Assembly: GCA_000442015.1 (NCBI GenBank)
Contig: KE560729.1
Coordinates: forward strand, 1-49,722
Length of the DNA: 49,722 nucleotides
DNA from: Rozella allomycis CSF55
Taxonomy: Eukaryota
Reading direction: 5' to 3'
Under the pieces are notes generated by a model, which did no database searches, was not told where the DNA came from, and saw only the letters and a program-made list of their open reading frames with translations. A program made the position numbers and the translations under genes. Below, piece after piece: positions 12,985-26,939 of the stretch; the first letter of the stretch is position 1; every line of letters starts with the position of its first letter.

Positions 12985-13926
12985 ATGGAAAGCGAAGCGA
13001 AAACACATCTCGGTCTATCAATATCGTATTTGAAGCCTAAATTAAACTTGGAGACTCAAAGGACAACGATAGCAGCAGGGATGGGTGGAATTTGCGGTGT
13101 CCTGGTTGGCTATCCTTTAGATAACTTGAAAACTAGAATGCAAACTTATGATTATTTATCCATTAATCATTGTCTAAGGAGAACTGTTAAAGAAGAGGGA
13201 GTGAAAGGGCTTTATCGCGGTATTATTCCGCCCCTATTTGTTGTGGCCATTATGAAAGCTATGACATTTACAATATATGAAACATTTAAGGATAAAACAT
13301 TATATCTATTTGATCACTATAAAGTTTTACGAAACCACGACGCCACTAGAAATTTGCTAATAGCATCGACTGCTGGAGGTATCACGGGATTCTGCACTAC
13401 GTTGGTAGCGAGTCCATTAGAAATGATCAAAATACATGTTCAGCTACAGAGATTAATGGATAGCAAACCAAGAGGAAGTCTAGGCACCGGTGTCTATATT
13501 TTTAGAACCCTTGGAATAAGGCGGGGTTTATACAAAGGGTTCATGTCACATGTTCTTAGAGATTTTATAGGGACGTCAGTATACTTTGGTCTGTATGAAT
13601 CGCTCAAACATTTATTTATTGAGATTTCTAGCTTCAAAAAGATGAGTTACATGGCAGCTGGCGGCATAGCAGGAACTTTGTCATGGCTTGTAATATTTCC
13701 AATTGATCTAGTGAAATCCAGAGTTCAGAAGGATGCTTTAATTAAAGATAGTGTATATAATAATTTCAGACATGCTTTAAAGTCATCGATGAAAATTGGC
13801 GGGTTTCCTGGTCTTTATAATGGCATGGCTGCAACTATAATAAGAGCATTTCCAATTCATTCAATAAATTTTCTTGTATACGAATACATGTTGCAATTGA
13901 TAGATGAAAGAGTTCAAAAACATTAA
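12985..13926 (+). CDS. Mitochondrial carrier (SLC25; carnitine/ornithine/YMC-like), intronless
   Basis: Three carrier signatures: PLDNLKTR, PLEMIKIH and PIDLVKSR. Confidence 0.92.
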   Translation: MESEAKTHLGLSISYLKPKLNLETQRTTIAAGMGGICGVLVGYPLDNLKTRMQTYDYLSINHCLRRTVKEEGVKGLYRGIIPPLFVVAIMKAMTFTIYETFKDKTLYLFDHYKVLRNHDATRNLLIASTAGGITGFCTTLVASPLEMIKIHVQLQRLMDSKPRGSLGTGVYIFRTLGIRRGLYKGFMSHVLRDFIGTSVYFGLYESLKHLFIEISSFKKMSYMAAGGIAGTLSWLVIFPIDLVKSRVQKDALIKDSVYNNFRHALKSSMKIGGFPGLYNGMAATIIRAFPIHSINFLVYEYMLQLIDERVQKH

Positions 13927-13983
13927 TGTAACATAAATTAAAATAAATGCAATTAAATTTAAATAAAGAATACAAAATTTAAT

Positions 13984-15793
13984 TTATTTGATAGTTTCAA
14001 TTGAATCTGAAACCTGAGCGACGGACTTTCTTAGCTTTTCCAAGACAATTTCAAACCTTTCGATTTCAGATTGTAGCGCGGAAACTCTTCTTTGATTTGA
14101 ACTGGGAAAATTATAAAAATAAAGATATGCAAAGGAAATGAAAGAAAATAGAAATAGACAGAAAGATATTTTGAATAAAATCGATGACGCCCAAAAGGCA
14201 ACACCAAGTCTATTCATTCGATGTAGCTTCCGCTTTAGTAGAGGAATGAATATCACGTGAATCAAAATCTGAATCTTTTCTTTCATTAATGGGCCAGATG
14301 AAGGAATGCTATACAGAATTCTATCCTTTTTCTTTCGAGCGAATCCATCCTTTGACGCGAGAGTAGCTGGAACTGACAAGGTTCGTCTAAGCACAGTGTG
14401 ATTGTTTTTAATGCTGCTGTCTAAAAGTTCATTAAGGGATGTAACAAATGCAACGCATCCATCCAGGGCCCCCTTCTCTATCCTGCTTTCCCAAACACAC
14501 TTTTTGGTGAAATTCACATCACCTGTTATTGTTAAATTTGTTCTATCGTCAGATCGTTTTTCGAAAACGTATTTCATTTGGACTTTGAAACAATCGCCAT
14601 ATGGAACTTTCATTGAATCTTCAATTATGTGAAGCACTATCAATTCTGATGAAAATACGAGCAATTTATGTGTTTCTAAAGACGTTGATGAACATTTGGG
14701 CACTTGAACAAACAATATTCAATTTATTACTAAAAGCAACTTTAAAAACTATAGAAATTTCAACAAATCGTTCGTTATTTTCCCATTTTGTGTGTTTTAT
14801 TACATTTCCTTCAACTTTTCTATGACTCCACGTAAAAAGAGGGTCTGGGGAATCTAAATCAAAAATTGCATTGTACAAATCATCAATATTTGCCTTGAAC
14901 TCTTTTTCTAATAAGGGATAACGCAAAGGTTTCTTGGCATCTAAATTTTCATTCACTCTTTCATTAATCATAACTTTAAATGTTTACGCCATGGCTGATT
15001 CATAAAGGACAGATGAATCGCTTCTGGCTTGCGACATTCCATTAAATCTTAATGAATTGTTGCTTTCGCTTCCTTTCAAACTAGAAGCCCTTTGTTCAGA
15101 TCTAACCGAAACCTCGCTCTCTCTTCGTTTACGAAGAAATTCTGTAGAAGAAGATTTAATCATTGAAAAGATCTTTCGACCTACAGAAGGTTTTTCATCT
15201 TCAGGGAGCTTCGCATCATATTCATTAATTGAAGAAGCCGGCGAAGTTAACGACCGCTTATCATCAAATATGTCAATATCTAAATTTTTATCTGTAGGAA
15301 AATCCGATGTTGTTGATAAACATTGATCATCTGTCCTTTCAAAGATTTCTCTGTTCCTATTCCTTTTCAAAGTCCATTCCCTCTTGATAAAGCGATACAG
15401 AATATCTCGCCGTTGCACTTTGGTTAATGTTACCTATCATGCTTTCTAAACTATTTTACAGTTTTAGTTATCATTTTTAAAACCAATATATTGGGAATTA
15501 TATTCATTGTAGATTTGCGTTCAATTTCAACAATCTCATCATAATAAAATTTTGTCTATTCCACAACCACCTTTCGCTTTACGTTATTTTTTCCATTCTT
15601 GCTCAGAAAGTATAGAGCATCTGATGTAACCACTAAAATGCCAATAGCTGGTAGATCGTTTGTTATAGTTAGCGAGCACGAAGTTGCTACATTAGCGTAT
15701 ACTCATTAAATTACTGCAATGGACTTGTATATCTGTAATAGTTTCATTAAAATCTGAATATATTCGTTCGATAATCTGACGTATATGCATCAT
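13984..15793 (-). CDS. GRAM + VASt/StARkin sterol-transfer protein with C-terminal TM and coiled coil (LAM/Aster-like)
   Basis: GRAM-like GILVVTSDALYF; VASt VPYGDCFKV..WESRIEK; hydrophobic helix near the C-terminus; 5 introns of 26-30 nt. Confidence 0.8.
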
Positions 15794-15855
15794 GAAATTT
15801 ACAAAATTTAAAGATGATCATTATTCTAATTTATAGTTTATGATGGTTTATTGAT

Positions 15856-16812
15856 CTAGTATAGAACCGAATCCATTTTCGAATAAATATAAATTACACC
15901 AGTTATGATATCTGTCTGAGTTTTGCCAATACGCATATTCGCTTTTGCACAACTTTGGAGAATTTCATCGACTCTATTGAAGCATGCTTCTCTTTGTGAA
16001 TGGGAAAGATGTACCAGTGCATTCTCTAAAACATTAGCAGCGTATGTAGCACAAAGGAGGGCCAATGTTCTTGGGGATGGGGAAGGTCCTATTTGATTTC
16101 GCGCATTATTGTTACCGATTCCTAGCAAGGAAGAAACTACTCTATGTACAATTTCTTCCTTGACAGTCGAATCTGCCAATGGATGAGTAGCCATATCGAA
16201 AATGACAAAATTTTTCTTTTCGGTTCTTAATACTCCCTTGTCCACCAAACCTTTAGCGATACGCTCCCGAACTTGCTTTAATTGGTAGCCGACCTTCATT
16301 ACATTCCATGTTTCCCCTATATTCCCTTATCTATTTAAATACCAGAAAGCAGATCTATCCAATCGCCAACACTCTGTTTATCCTGTTTCATCAACTTTAG
16401 CGCCTCATCCAAAATGACTTCCCCAGTCAATGAAGAATCAACCACCTATGCCACCAAAATATCCCCTCTACCTTTAAAATTCTGTCATGATACGGTCTCT
16501 TCATTGACTCCTTGTCTACAGTTATCCGATTCCGCAACGCCAGTTCAATCAGGATGCAGCCACGCAAAACATAGGAAATATTGTCATTCCAAAAAGACAA
16601 GTATCCCTAGCATGCCACTTTGAAAATTATTTTACGCCGCGATCTTTGAGGCCCAAGAGGAATACTTCTTCTAAAATTGTCAGTTTAAGTTTTTTTGATT
16701 TGCTGTCGTCGTCAATGCTGTATCCATCTTCATCTTGCCGTTTGGTTTCGCTAATACTCTCAAACCCCGTGTCAGTGGCATCGCCTGCGGAACGTCTCCT
16801 GTAGACTTCCAT
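15856..16812 (-). CDS. VPS74: Golgi phosphoprotein 3 / Vps74
   Basis: [74 protein letters not shown]. Confidence 0.95.
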
Positions 16813-17086
16813 TGCAATTATTATGAAATTTCGTGAATTGATTTGACCGTGAATTTGGAATCTATTGAATAGTTTGCAAATAAAAAAGTTTAAAAGTAAA
16901 AACTTCTGATTTTGTGTCAAATGAATCCTGTAGTTTTAGTTGTGAGACACAAATCATAATTTTTCCTTCATTCTCATTAGACACTTCGTTCATTAATTCC
17001 ATGCATATCATTTCAAAATCAATAATTGATATTTGAAACTTGACATAAATTAGACATGTTCGCCGAGTTAAAGGTAACCAAGCCAC

Positions 17087-19357
17087 ATGAAGAGATCGTA
17101 TAGAGAGTTTGGTAAATAATAACAAAAAGCAATAACAAGGAAAGCGAGCACCTCGAGAACGCGAGGAAGAAACAAAATCCCCCGAAGAACAGATAAAATC
17201 TCTCATATATGTGCTAGGAGACAAGGTAAAAAGACACAAAAATATATAAAGGTTCCATTATCAGAGCTATTTGAGCAAATCGATTCACTAGTGAATGTTG
17301 TAACTAGAGACTACGAAGAGCACCGAAAAGTAATATTGAGGACAATAGAAGCGTGTGGAAGCCAGTTGCCGCACAAGTTGAATATATATGCATTGTTTGT
17401 ATCAGCATTGAATGCCAAGAATCAGGAGATTGGAGCAGAGATAGCAAAGATGTTGACTGATGCGCTGGAATTTCATTTGTCGGATGGAAAATGGAGAGAG
17501 TTTCAAGTTTTGTTGAGATTTATTGGAGAGTTGGCGGATTTAGGGTTTTTGCCGCTGGTTGCGTATAGTAGTATTGTTGATGAGTTGGTGAGTATTTTGA
17601 AGAGTGACAAGAAGCAGAATTTGAAGGATATGTTTGCGATGACGATTATGAAGTGTTTGGTGTATACGGGGAGGTATTTGATGGAGGAGGATGTTGAAAA
17701 GTATATGGAAGCCATTAAAGAGTATATTGGTGGAAGGGTTATTAATGATTTTGCGTATAAAATGTTCCATTCGGGAGATTTGGAACAAAGGGACTCTTTG
17801 GAAGATCTTTATCAAAGGCTTTGCGTGTTTAAGGAAGATCGATGGTTTAGTAAAATTTTGACGATTATTGATGATTCTCCGTTTAGTGATTTGTTGATGA
17901 ATCAAACTCAAGTATGAAATTGAAAACAAAAAGAGTAGCATGAGTTGAGACCATTGAGGATTGAAGCTATAGAAGTGTCTGGGAATATACCTTTTCAAGA
18001 GAAAGTGTTTTATTTATTAGACTCTGAAGAGGCGATGGTAAATATTGTTTAGTTTGGTGATTTAAGTATCAAAAAGATTCATACCCAGAGAAAGAGTCAA
18101 TGGATCGATGGATTCTGATGGACATTGTTTGGAACATTTGTCATTTCTTTGAAATAAATCATAAAGAATGTGTTCAAGCGTTAATGTTGATTGATGTTCC
18201 AGCGAATGTTAACAGGGCGATTGTAGAAACCATTTTTATTAATCTTTTATCAAACCCTTCATTTAAAATTGCTTATTATGTGACATTGTTGTGTGATTTG
18301 TGTAAATCTTATCCACGAATAATCCCAAAAGACATTGGAAAGATTCTATTTACTGTTTTTGAACAGATGGATGCATGGGAGTTGGATTATTATGCATTGG
18401 ATAGATTTTCTTCATGGTTTGCACTTCATTTATCAAATTTTAATTTAAAATGGCCATGGGATGATTGGAAAGAAATTATTGAATCTGAAAATGGAAATTC
18501 TAGACAAAAGTTATTTATAGAACAAACAATTTCAAAATTACTTTCTTTATTGTATGTCAACAGAGTCAAAGCAGCTCTTCCTGATTTTCTTCACGTTTTC
18601 ATTCCTTCATCTTTAATGACCTTTGATGGAGATGAAACTTTAATTGGAATGTTAAAAGAAAAGAAATCAAAAGAAGAAATAAACGAATATCTTTCAAATT
18701 GCGAAAATTCTTTAGAAAAGTTAATTCACTCCATTTGGAAATTTGGTTCAAAATCTTTTACTTTTATTTTAATTGCAATCGAAAGGTATTTTTTATTTTT
18801 TTCTTTAATAGATCTTTGCCAATTTTAAAAGATTTAGTTTCAACAGATCAAGATCAAATTGAAATTCTTAAATTAACTTTGGAATTTTTCCAAAATAATC
18901 ATCAAGTAAAAAATATTTTCAATTTTAATTCTGATGGCTGAAATTTCAGTTTCTAAGCTTATTAGCTACAATCTAGTTCATCCTAAAGTTTTGATGGATT
19001 TTATCTTTTCCAATCAACAACCTTTAAATCAATATTGGATTTGGAGAATAATCGACGCTGCATTGTCAAAGTCTGTCGATAGAAACATTTATCTTGAAAG
19101 TAATATATTTATATTCTTTTCATTCAATAGAAGAAAAAGGAATGAAAGTAGATTATTTTGAAAATGTAATTTCTGCTTTCATTAAACATTCTTTTGCACA
19201 AGATATGACATTGGATTATCCTATTGGAATCCTACGCAAAGTAAATCTTTACTATTTTAATCATTTATAGTACATCAATCATGTTTCTCCTAGTATCCTT
19301 GTAGACAATTTACCAGAGGACATTTCCTCAAAGTTTATCAATCTAATAAATGTTTAA
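17087..19357 (+). CDS. NCBP1: Nuclear cap-binding protein subunit 1 (CBP80/Sto1)
   Basis: Basic N-terminus, QLPHKLNIYA, DRFSSWFALHLSNFNLKWPWDDW, GSKSFTF, NNHQMAEISVSKL; 8 introns including one GT-TG. Confidence 0.92.
18906..18933 (+). other. Non-canonical GT-TG intron (28 nt) in NCBP1
   Basis: CAT CAA|gtaaaaaatattttcaattttaattctg|ATG GCT gives NNHQ-MAEISVSKL, colinear with CBP80 NHPQMIAVLVDKM. The next AG is out of phase. Confidence 0.75.
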
Positions 19358-19444
19358 ATTTAAATTGAAACTATTTATCTCTTTTTCAAATCTCAATTCA
19401 AATTATTTCATGTCAAACTCTTCTGTTATGTGGCTAAGTTATTC

Positions 19445-20982
19445 ATGGACATTGATGAGGACGACTGGTTAGATCAACTCGATGAAGATGATTTAAAACG
19501 TATCGAACAATGTACATCTCAAGACACTCCAACTACAGCCCAAACACCAGTCGAGCAAGTAGTGAGCAGAAGAATAAACTTTGAAGACACAAATCAGCAA
19601 ATAATCAGCCAACTAAAAGCAGAAAATAAATCACTGCAAGCTAAAATAGATCAAGCTCTACTATCCAAATTCACCAAAGAAGGAGAAATTAAAATTGTTC
19701 GTGAAAATTTAGCACGACTTCAAATAAAAAATGACGAGCTGTCGTTGCAGCTGTCGACGCATACTGATTCTATAAATAAAGTTAGGAAACAGTTGGAAGC
19801 TGAAATGGAAGAAAAGTTGGAGAGATTGAAGACAGAGCTGCTGTTTAAAGAGCATGAATTGAGGCAACTTTCTTTTGGGAGAAAGAGAATGGCTAGTGAT
19901 TCTTTGGAGTATTTAAATTCTTCTCAGCAATCGACTATTGTAAAGGAAACTAGAGAGAATGATTCGATTCAATTGAATGTCGATCATTGTTTGTTAGAAA
20001 AATTGGACAATACAAGTAAAGATCTACAGTATTGTTAATAGATAAATACTACAAGCAAATTACAAGAAATATTATTAATGGATCAAATTTAAATGATTTA
20101 TTGCTGTTATTGATTAAAGAATTCTGCCAAAATGATAATTCTAAAGATGAATTAATTGTTCTCTATGAAATTCTAAGAAATCCAAAAACTTGCGCGTCTT
20201 TTGAAAGTGTCGGTAAAGATATAACAATTCTATGAATAGATTTTGAATTGGTGAAGCATTTTGCAGGAAAAATAATCCAACAATTCAAAAATGAAAAGAA
20301 CTTATTTTTGCTAGACTTTCTCTATGAGTTGACGGGATTCTGTATTCTGGAAAACGAAATTATCAATTTGTAACGTCTTTACTTTTTGTTTGAATCAGTA
20401 TAAAGAGGTCTTTTATTAATGACTCTCTAGTGCATCAGATTGTTGAATCAAATTTAGAGAATTATGATGCTCTATGGAACCTTTTATCTTTATTAAGCCA
20501 AGGTTGTTTAAATTCTCTCTTTTTGAAGTAGATGTTTCTTTTTGTACATATTTAACTGTTGCTGATCCGTGGTATGTCGCTTCTGATGACAATAGACTTC
20601 CATTGTTAGATTTTATCATAACTTTAAATTCTTCAAAATCATCACTACTTTCCTTATTCGCCTCTTTAACGGGTTTATCATCAGGAAGGCAATTTCTTGT
20701 CAATTTGAACAAGGTAAATTCTATTTCTTTATATAAAAGTGTATCCCATTCTTCATTGATTGCTTGGAAGACCACCAAGACGTTAGCACCTTGGATCAGA
20801 CATTGAACATTCTATCAGTCATATTCAGTTGCAAGCAATCTCGAAGACAATTGTTTCCAAAATGGTTTCAAAACTTGAAACTCTACAAGGAGAAACTAAT
20901 ATACCTTCTTTCTAGAATCCGCCACTCCAACAATGATCATCACATTAAAACAATAGCATCCGATTTACTAGAATACTTTTAA
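19445..20982 (+). CDS. ATR-interacting protein (ATRIP/Rad26/Lcd1-like)
   Basis: Acidic N-terminus, coiled coil with KEGEIKIVRENL and LKTELLFKEHE (ATRIP-type motifs), followed by helical repeats; 5 introns. Confidence 0.7.
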
Positions 20983-21097
20983 CATTTTTGTGCATTATAT
21001 TTCAATAAACCAATTTTTACATATTGAATTTTCTATAACCATTTATGGAAGACATTAGACTTTGACTTAAACTTTGATACCCTGGCTATCTTACATC

Positions 21098-22278
21098 ATG
21101 AACGAAATTGAAACTTTCTATGGGTAAACCTTGTTTAAATATAAGATTTAAGTGTAATCGAGACATCAGCTGACGCCCTGCGCGTTCTAGAACTTTGCCG
21201 GCAAGGTCGATTAGGCCGGGTGCGTCGTAGATTGCATGAAAATGAACGAAAGCTTATTCGTTCAGGATCTGTATTTGTGTTTGATGAAGTTGAATCTGGG
21301 ATTAAGAGATGGACTGATGGTAGGATTTGGTCGCCATCTCGTATTCTTGGAAACTTTTTGGTGTACAGGGAACTCGAAAAGAAAGTATCGAGTGGTGGAC
21401 CAATTGGCTCGGGGTAATATAATTATTTATGGAAATATAATAGAGGGAGAATATCCAGAAGGAGAGCAATCTCGGAATGTGGCTTGGAACAAGAATTGGT
21501 TAATGACTTTGATTTTGGAGACTCTACGCCTACTAGCAGTGGATCAAGTAGATCTAGACAGAGAAGCACCTCCATAACTGGTGGGAAGGGATACACTTTC
21601 TTCTTCAAACCTGGAGGGCTAATCAAAAAGACAATGTCAGTTATGCTGGATGGACACCCTCATCATCTTGTTTGTTATTATACAAAGTATGACGCCACGC
21701 ATGGAAAAGCCGAAAATATAATTTGGCAAACTCTAATGAAAGAATTGAGAAAAGTACAAGTGCCAAGAGATATTTTGGCTCAACAGCATCCCAAAAAGTC
21801 TTACGGTGCTCTTGGCAGTGAGCAGATGGATACAATTTCCAAGCAGGAAATGCTATTAGTTGAAGAAATTGAGAATAAATGGAGTCCATTGGATGATGAC
21901 AAGAAACCGACAAGCCTTTCTCAATCAAACGCCCATCAAAAATACCGCGCATCTAGAAATATTCCAAACTCTTCTCTTTTGTCTGAAGGATTGCAAATAG
22001 ATTATTCAATCCAATCACCTTCACAATTCCCAATTTATTGTGATTTTAGTCCAGGGTATTCATTCCCAATTTTGCAACCAGAATCACACAATGTTAATCC
22101 AACGTTACAGCCAAATCCAATTCCTTTTGTAAATTTAAACGAGATTTCTAATGTTCATTCAAAACAATTTGAAGGCACTTTTGATCAGTTCTTTTTGAAC
22201 AATCACCCGGCAAATACAGACAAGGAGTGGTTGGAGTCTATTAATTCATTTGTTAAAATTGGAAATGAATACGAATAA
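21098..22278 (+). CDS. Gti1/Pac2 (WOPR) family transcription factor
   Basis: TFYGVIETSADAL, RRLHENERKLIRSGSVFVF, SGIKRWTDGRIWSPSR..FLVYRE, GLIKKTMSV..HHLVCYY. Confidence 0.93.
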
Positions 22279-22306
22279 TAAAAAATTGCTATCTTTATTG
22301 AGGTTA

Positions 22307-24967
22307 TTAGCTGTTTATCTTTATTAGATTATTGATTCGGTCAATCTCACGCTGCAAATCATCATCATCCTTTGTTGTTGAAACAAATGTTTAGTTTACT
22401 TCTTGATCCATGTAATCAAAACTTTCACTGCCTGTGAAGACATTTTTAGTGTACTTTTTAAGGTCGTCAATTTGATTTGTTGCAGCATTTAATTCTTTGA
22501 GAATCCTATCCTTTTCAACGTTCAAAACATCCATTTGCTTTAATAAATTTCTCTTTTCATGATTTGCATTATTCTTTGTTTGTAATAGTTTATCAATCTC
22601 TTTATTCAAATCGGTGATTTGTTTTTCTTGTTGCCTAACTGCTGCTTGCAACTTTGTAATAATCTAGATTTAAATTGAATTGCAAATAACTTTACAATCT
22701 TTTGATCTGTTGAATTCTGAATGGCGTGGTCTTTTAACGTTATCGCTGCGACCATTTCTCCTTTAACCTTTTCCAACTCCAAACAGACGCTTCTTTCTCT
22801 TCTTACAGCTTCCTTTAACAGATTTTCATAATTAGATGACATAGTTTTGCTTTCTTCTTTCCTTAATAATATGCATTATAATAATTTACCATTTTTCACT
22901 CAGACTTTGCTGTCTCGACATTGTTGCTTGGTATTCCTTGTTCATCCTGTCAAACTCTATTTGCAAACGATCCAGCTTTCCTTGCAATGAATTATTCTTT
23001 TCCTTGTAAGATTTCATGATTGATTCTAATTCACTCTTTGCTTTTTGCTCAATTGTTGAAGCGAGATCATTCTGGTTTTGAAAGGCTACTTCAAGGCTAG
23101 AGAATTTATCTTGAAGTTGAACTTTCTCCAACTTTAAATCTTCATTTTCTTTCTGGGTATTCCTTAAACGTCTGTAAATGTCATCAAGTTGTGATTTCAT
23201 ATTGTCCATTTCCCGTTCAAGTGAATTCTCTCTTCTGTTCCAAGTTACTAGCGAACTATAATTGAATTATAACATGATTACCTTTGAAGTTGATTTACAG
23301 CTTCATCTCTTTCTCTTTGAGTGGAGTTTAATAGTCGATGTAAATTTTCCATCTTATCCTTAATTTGAGTGTTTTCAGTCATTGGAGCAGATCTTAACTT
23401 TTCATATTCCGTCTCTAAAGCTCTTTTCTCTCGCTTTGCTCTTTCCAGTTCTTGATTAAGTTCGGCGTTTCTTAACTCTGCATTCATAAGGTTGGTCTTT
23501 AATGTCTTTTTCTCCTGTGAGAGTTTAGCATCCATTTGGGTCAGTTCTTGATCGATCTTTTCTCTCCATTTCAGTTGATGCTTGGCAAATCGGTCATTTA
23601 GTCTCTTTATTTCTTGTTGGCTCTGCTGTTCCAATGCCAGAGCCTTGTCTCGCTCCAATAAAGTTTCTTCAACTTTTAAAATACTGTTTTGCACTGCCTG
23701 AAACGCCTCTATTTCTTTATTCCCTAGTTCAACCATTCTTTGTTCTATAGATTTTGTTGCCTTGATCAATTGATTATGATCATTAGAGAGTTTTTCTAGC
23801 TCCATTGATTTTCTCTCCAATATCCCCTTCAACTCTATTTTCATAAACCAGTATAATTACCATCACACTCCATACTAAGCTTTTCGTTATTTTTACATTC
23901 TGATTGATAGGATTGCTGTATTTCCCTTAATTTATTTTCAAGATCGTAAATATTTCGGCTTAACATGTCCAACTCATTCTTCCCCTCTTGTAATGCAATT
24001 TCCAGGCTTTTATTGTCTCTCAACACTCTATTATAATCGGATTTCTGTAGTTCAAAATCATGCTCCAAAGTTTTCCAAGTATTTTTCAAGTTATCATATT
24101 CTTGCTGAAGATTCGCATTATGGTTTTGAAGAAATTGATAAGACTCATTCAATTCTAGATGTTGACGCTTCAAGGATGAATATTCATTGTTTATTTGAAA
24201 TACTTTGATGTCTAAAAAATATATCAGATACCTTCTGAGGCCTTATTCTGTACCGCGGCTTTCAGTTTATCCACTTCTTTCAAAACTCTCTCTACCTGGG
24301 AATTAAGCTTTGAATTTTCTTCCGTCAAAAGAGCATTTGTCTCTATGAGATCGCTTTTTAAAACTAAAGAGAGAATTTTACTTGTCATCCTCCGTTGCAT
24401 GTTTGTAGGGCATGAAAATTTGCTCGGCGTTTCCCTTTACGGCAGATTGCAGCTCATTGAAAAGACCTTCATTCTCTTTTATTAACTTGTTTCTTTCTTC
24501 TTTTAGCCTCTGTATTTCGTTCTATATGTAGTTTAAAATATACCTTACATTAGCTTCTTGAGCTTTATCTTGACATTTTAGTAGCTTCATATCATAGGCT
24601 ATAAGCAATGACTGAATAGGATGTGCATGATTCATCCAGTCAGGTAACATAGAGTTTGATATCTACGGGCTCAAATGATTATTGCGGTACCTTTTTGACT
24701 CGTGCCTGCTCTTCATTTGTTAATGGAATTTTCTGTTGATAAACAGCTAATTCTGCTGAAAGTCTTTCCACTAAAAATATAAATGGTTCACTGTGTACCT
24801 GTTTTCTTTAAGAAATCACTGTTTTGTGCCTGAGGCTGTGTTGTTTGTGGTCTTGGTAAATCATTTAAATTCAATGACAATCTCCTTTTTGGTGTCTCTA
24901 AGTCATGGTTATCTAACGCAATATTTGCCCTATTGGGTGAGCCAGGCGCGGAAGGAAAATGATTCAT
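22307..24967 (-). CDS. SCLT1: Centriolar distal-appendage coiled-coil protein, SCLT1-like
   Basis: DFLKKTVERLSAELAVYQ, PDWM..QSLLIAYD and EAFQAVQNSILKVEETLLERDKAL resemble SCLT1 blocks; ~10 introns. Confidence 0.65.
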
Positions 24968-25271
24968 TAAATTTGTTTACATTTAAGATTTGAAACAATT
25001 TTATCCGAGGATTTGATATCAAACCCGAATTAAGAAAATCCAAAAGATTATATGCACGAACTGAACATATTTTTTTATTGTTAATGACTATCCGAATTAG
25101 AATAGGTGTTTATAAGAAACACTTAAAGTCGTCATTTTGAAGCCGTTTTCTCTTATTAATTGCCATTGATCATTATTAATTGAGTTGTTAAAAATAGGTT
25201 TATAGTTATCCCTGATAGCCCGCCACGATATAATTTTTTTTGCCTGCGCCACAAAGGATCACATTCCAAAG

Positions 25272-26892
25272 ATGGTTAAGCATGCCGATGAAAAGAAAGG
25301 TAACATTCTAACTATACGAAGATTTAGAAACAGATGGGTTCTTTACAACTATATTCAACCGCGAATTTTGGATGCATAATTTGTTGATAGTGCCAAAAGT
25401 TCTATTTTTTTCAATGATTTTTGCCATTAATACATGTTATGTAAGTCTTAAATTCTTATTTCATTAGACATACAGAACAAGATTCTTCAGGCATGAATTC
25501 GGAATACCGACAAATAATTATGGAATCCTTGCATCTATTCTTTCTTTGGTTGCTTTTGCATCCGCTCCATTCTGGACATATCTTGCTGACCGATTGCGCA
25601 AACCGAAGGTGATATTGATGATTGCTGCCTTTGGACAAGCCGCGTCATTTTTTCTCTTTCTCTTGATTAAAAGAGGAACAATAGACACTTTGTTGCAAAC
25701 AATGGTAGCGGTTGTTTGCGTAGGATCTTTAGTTAATTTTTTCAATGGCGCGCTTTATCCTTTATTGGATCGAATTGTTGTCGTTATTCTTTCTTCATCC
25801 ACGCATGGTACCATTTCAAAGGATCTTTATGGTCGCCAAAGATTATGGGGTTCTCTTGGCAATTTCATCGCTGTTTCCTTAATGGGTTTTCTTATGCATG
25901 GTGATAATTATCAAGTTACTTACCCTGCCGTTGGGATTTCTTTCACAATATTTTTGATCATCGGTTACTATTTGATACCATCTGATAAAATTCATAAAAA
26001 TAAAAATGTCGAAGATGATCATGACAAAGGTGAAAAAGAAGCAAACTCAGACGCAGAAAAATTCTCCACTTGGGAATCAATGAAGAAGCTTTTTGGAAAT
26101 CCCAGATTTTCATTCTTTCTTTTAATTGTTTTGTTTAACGGCCTGGCAAAAGCAATGGGATCTCATTTCATGTCAAATTACCTTGAAGAGGAGGCTGACG
26201 GTTTAAGTGCAACGAAAGGGCAAGTTGCTATTGCCTCAAATTGTGGCCAAACTATGGAAATATTAATTTTTCTCTTTTCTAAAGATTTAATTCAACGTTT
26301 TGGAATTAACACTTTAATGGTCGTCGCCCAATTGTCCTTAATTATTCGCTTTGCTATCCATTCATTCTTACCTGTTGGACAAAGTAAATTTTGTGTGAAA
26401 TTGATAAAATAAGATAATGAAATTTATATTTACATTGCCTATTTCGCGGAAGCCATGAAAGGAATCAGTTTTGGATGCATGACTGCCAGTGGTGTTATGG
26501 TTGCGGTAAAAGAAGCACCAAAGCACCTTCAAGCTACAGCTCAAGGGTTATTTTCAGGGATCTATATTGGTTTAGCTCCATCTCTCGCAGGCATTATCGG
26601 CTATATGTTGATCCCTGATGTTGCTCCACTCTCTGAAGATGAATCCGAAGCAAGCATTTTGAATAGAAAACTTGAATTACTGAAATCATCGAATGGTTTC
26701 TTCCAACGCAATAATGGCGCTTTCAGACTAGCATTTTTGATGGCTTTAATGGCCTTCATTATCCTTATCATTAAATTAATATTTTTTACGGAACGCGAGA
26801 CAGAAGAAATAAAGTTTAAGAAAATCGAACTGACAGAGGTAAAAAACGAGAAAGACGAAGTATTGAAATCTGCGGAAGCAGAGGTTAAATGA
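25272..26892 (+). CDS. MFS transporter, MFSD6/MFS_1_like family
   Basis: Multiple TM helices; APFWTYLADR, YGRQRLWGSLG, LQATAQGLF; 3 introns. Confidence 0.88.
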
Positions 26893-26939
26893 GTTTCATA
26901 AATAAAAATGCACTTCTAAATTACAACATTTATTAATTT

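Noticed and set aside
20503-20575. Apparent non-canonical intron in the ATRIP-like gene starting GTAGAT at 20528
   Set aside because: Resolved by a canonical 26-nt GTTGTT...AAG intron at 20503-20528.
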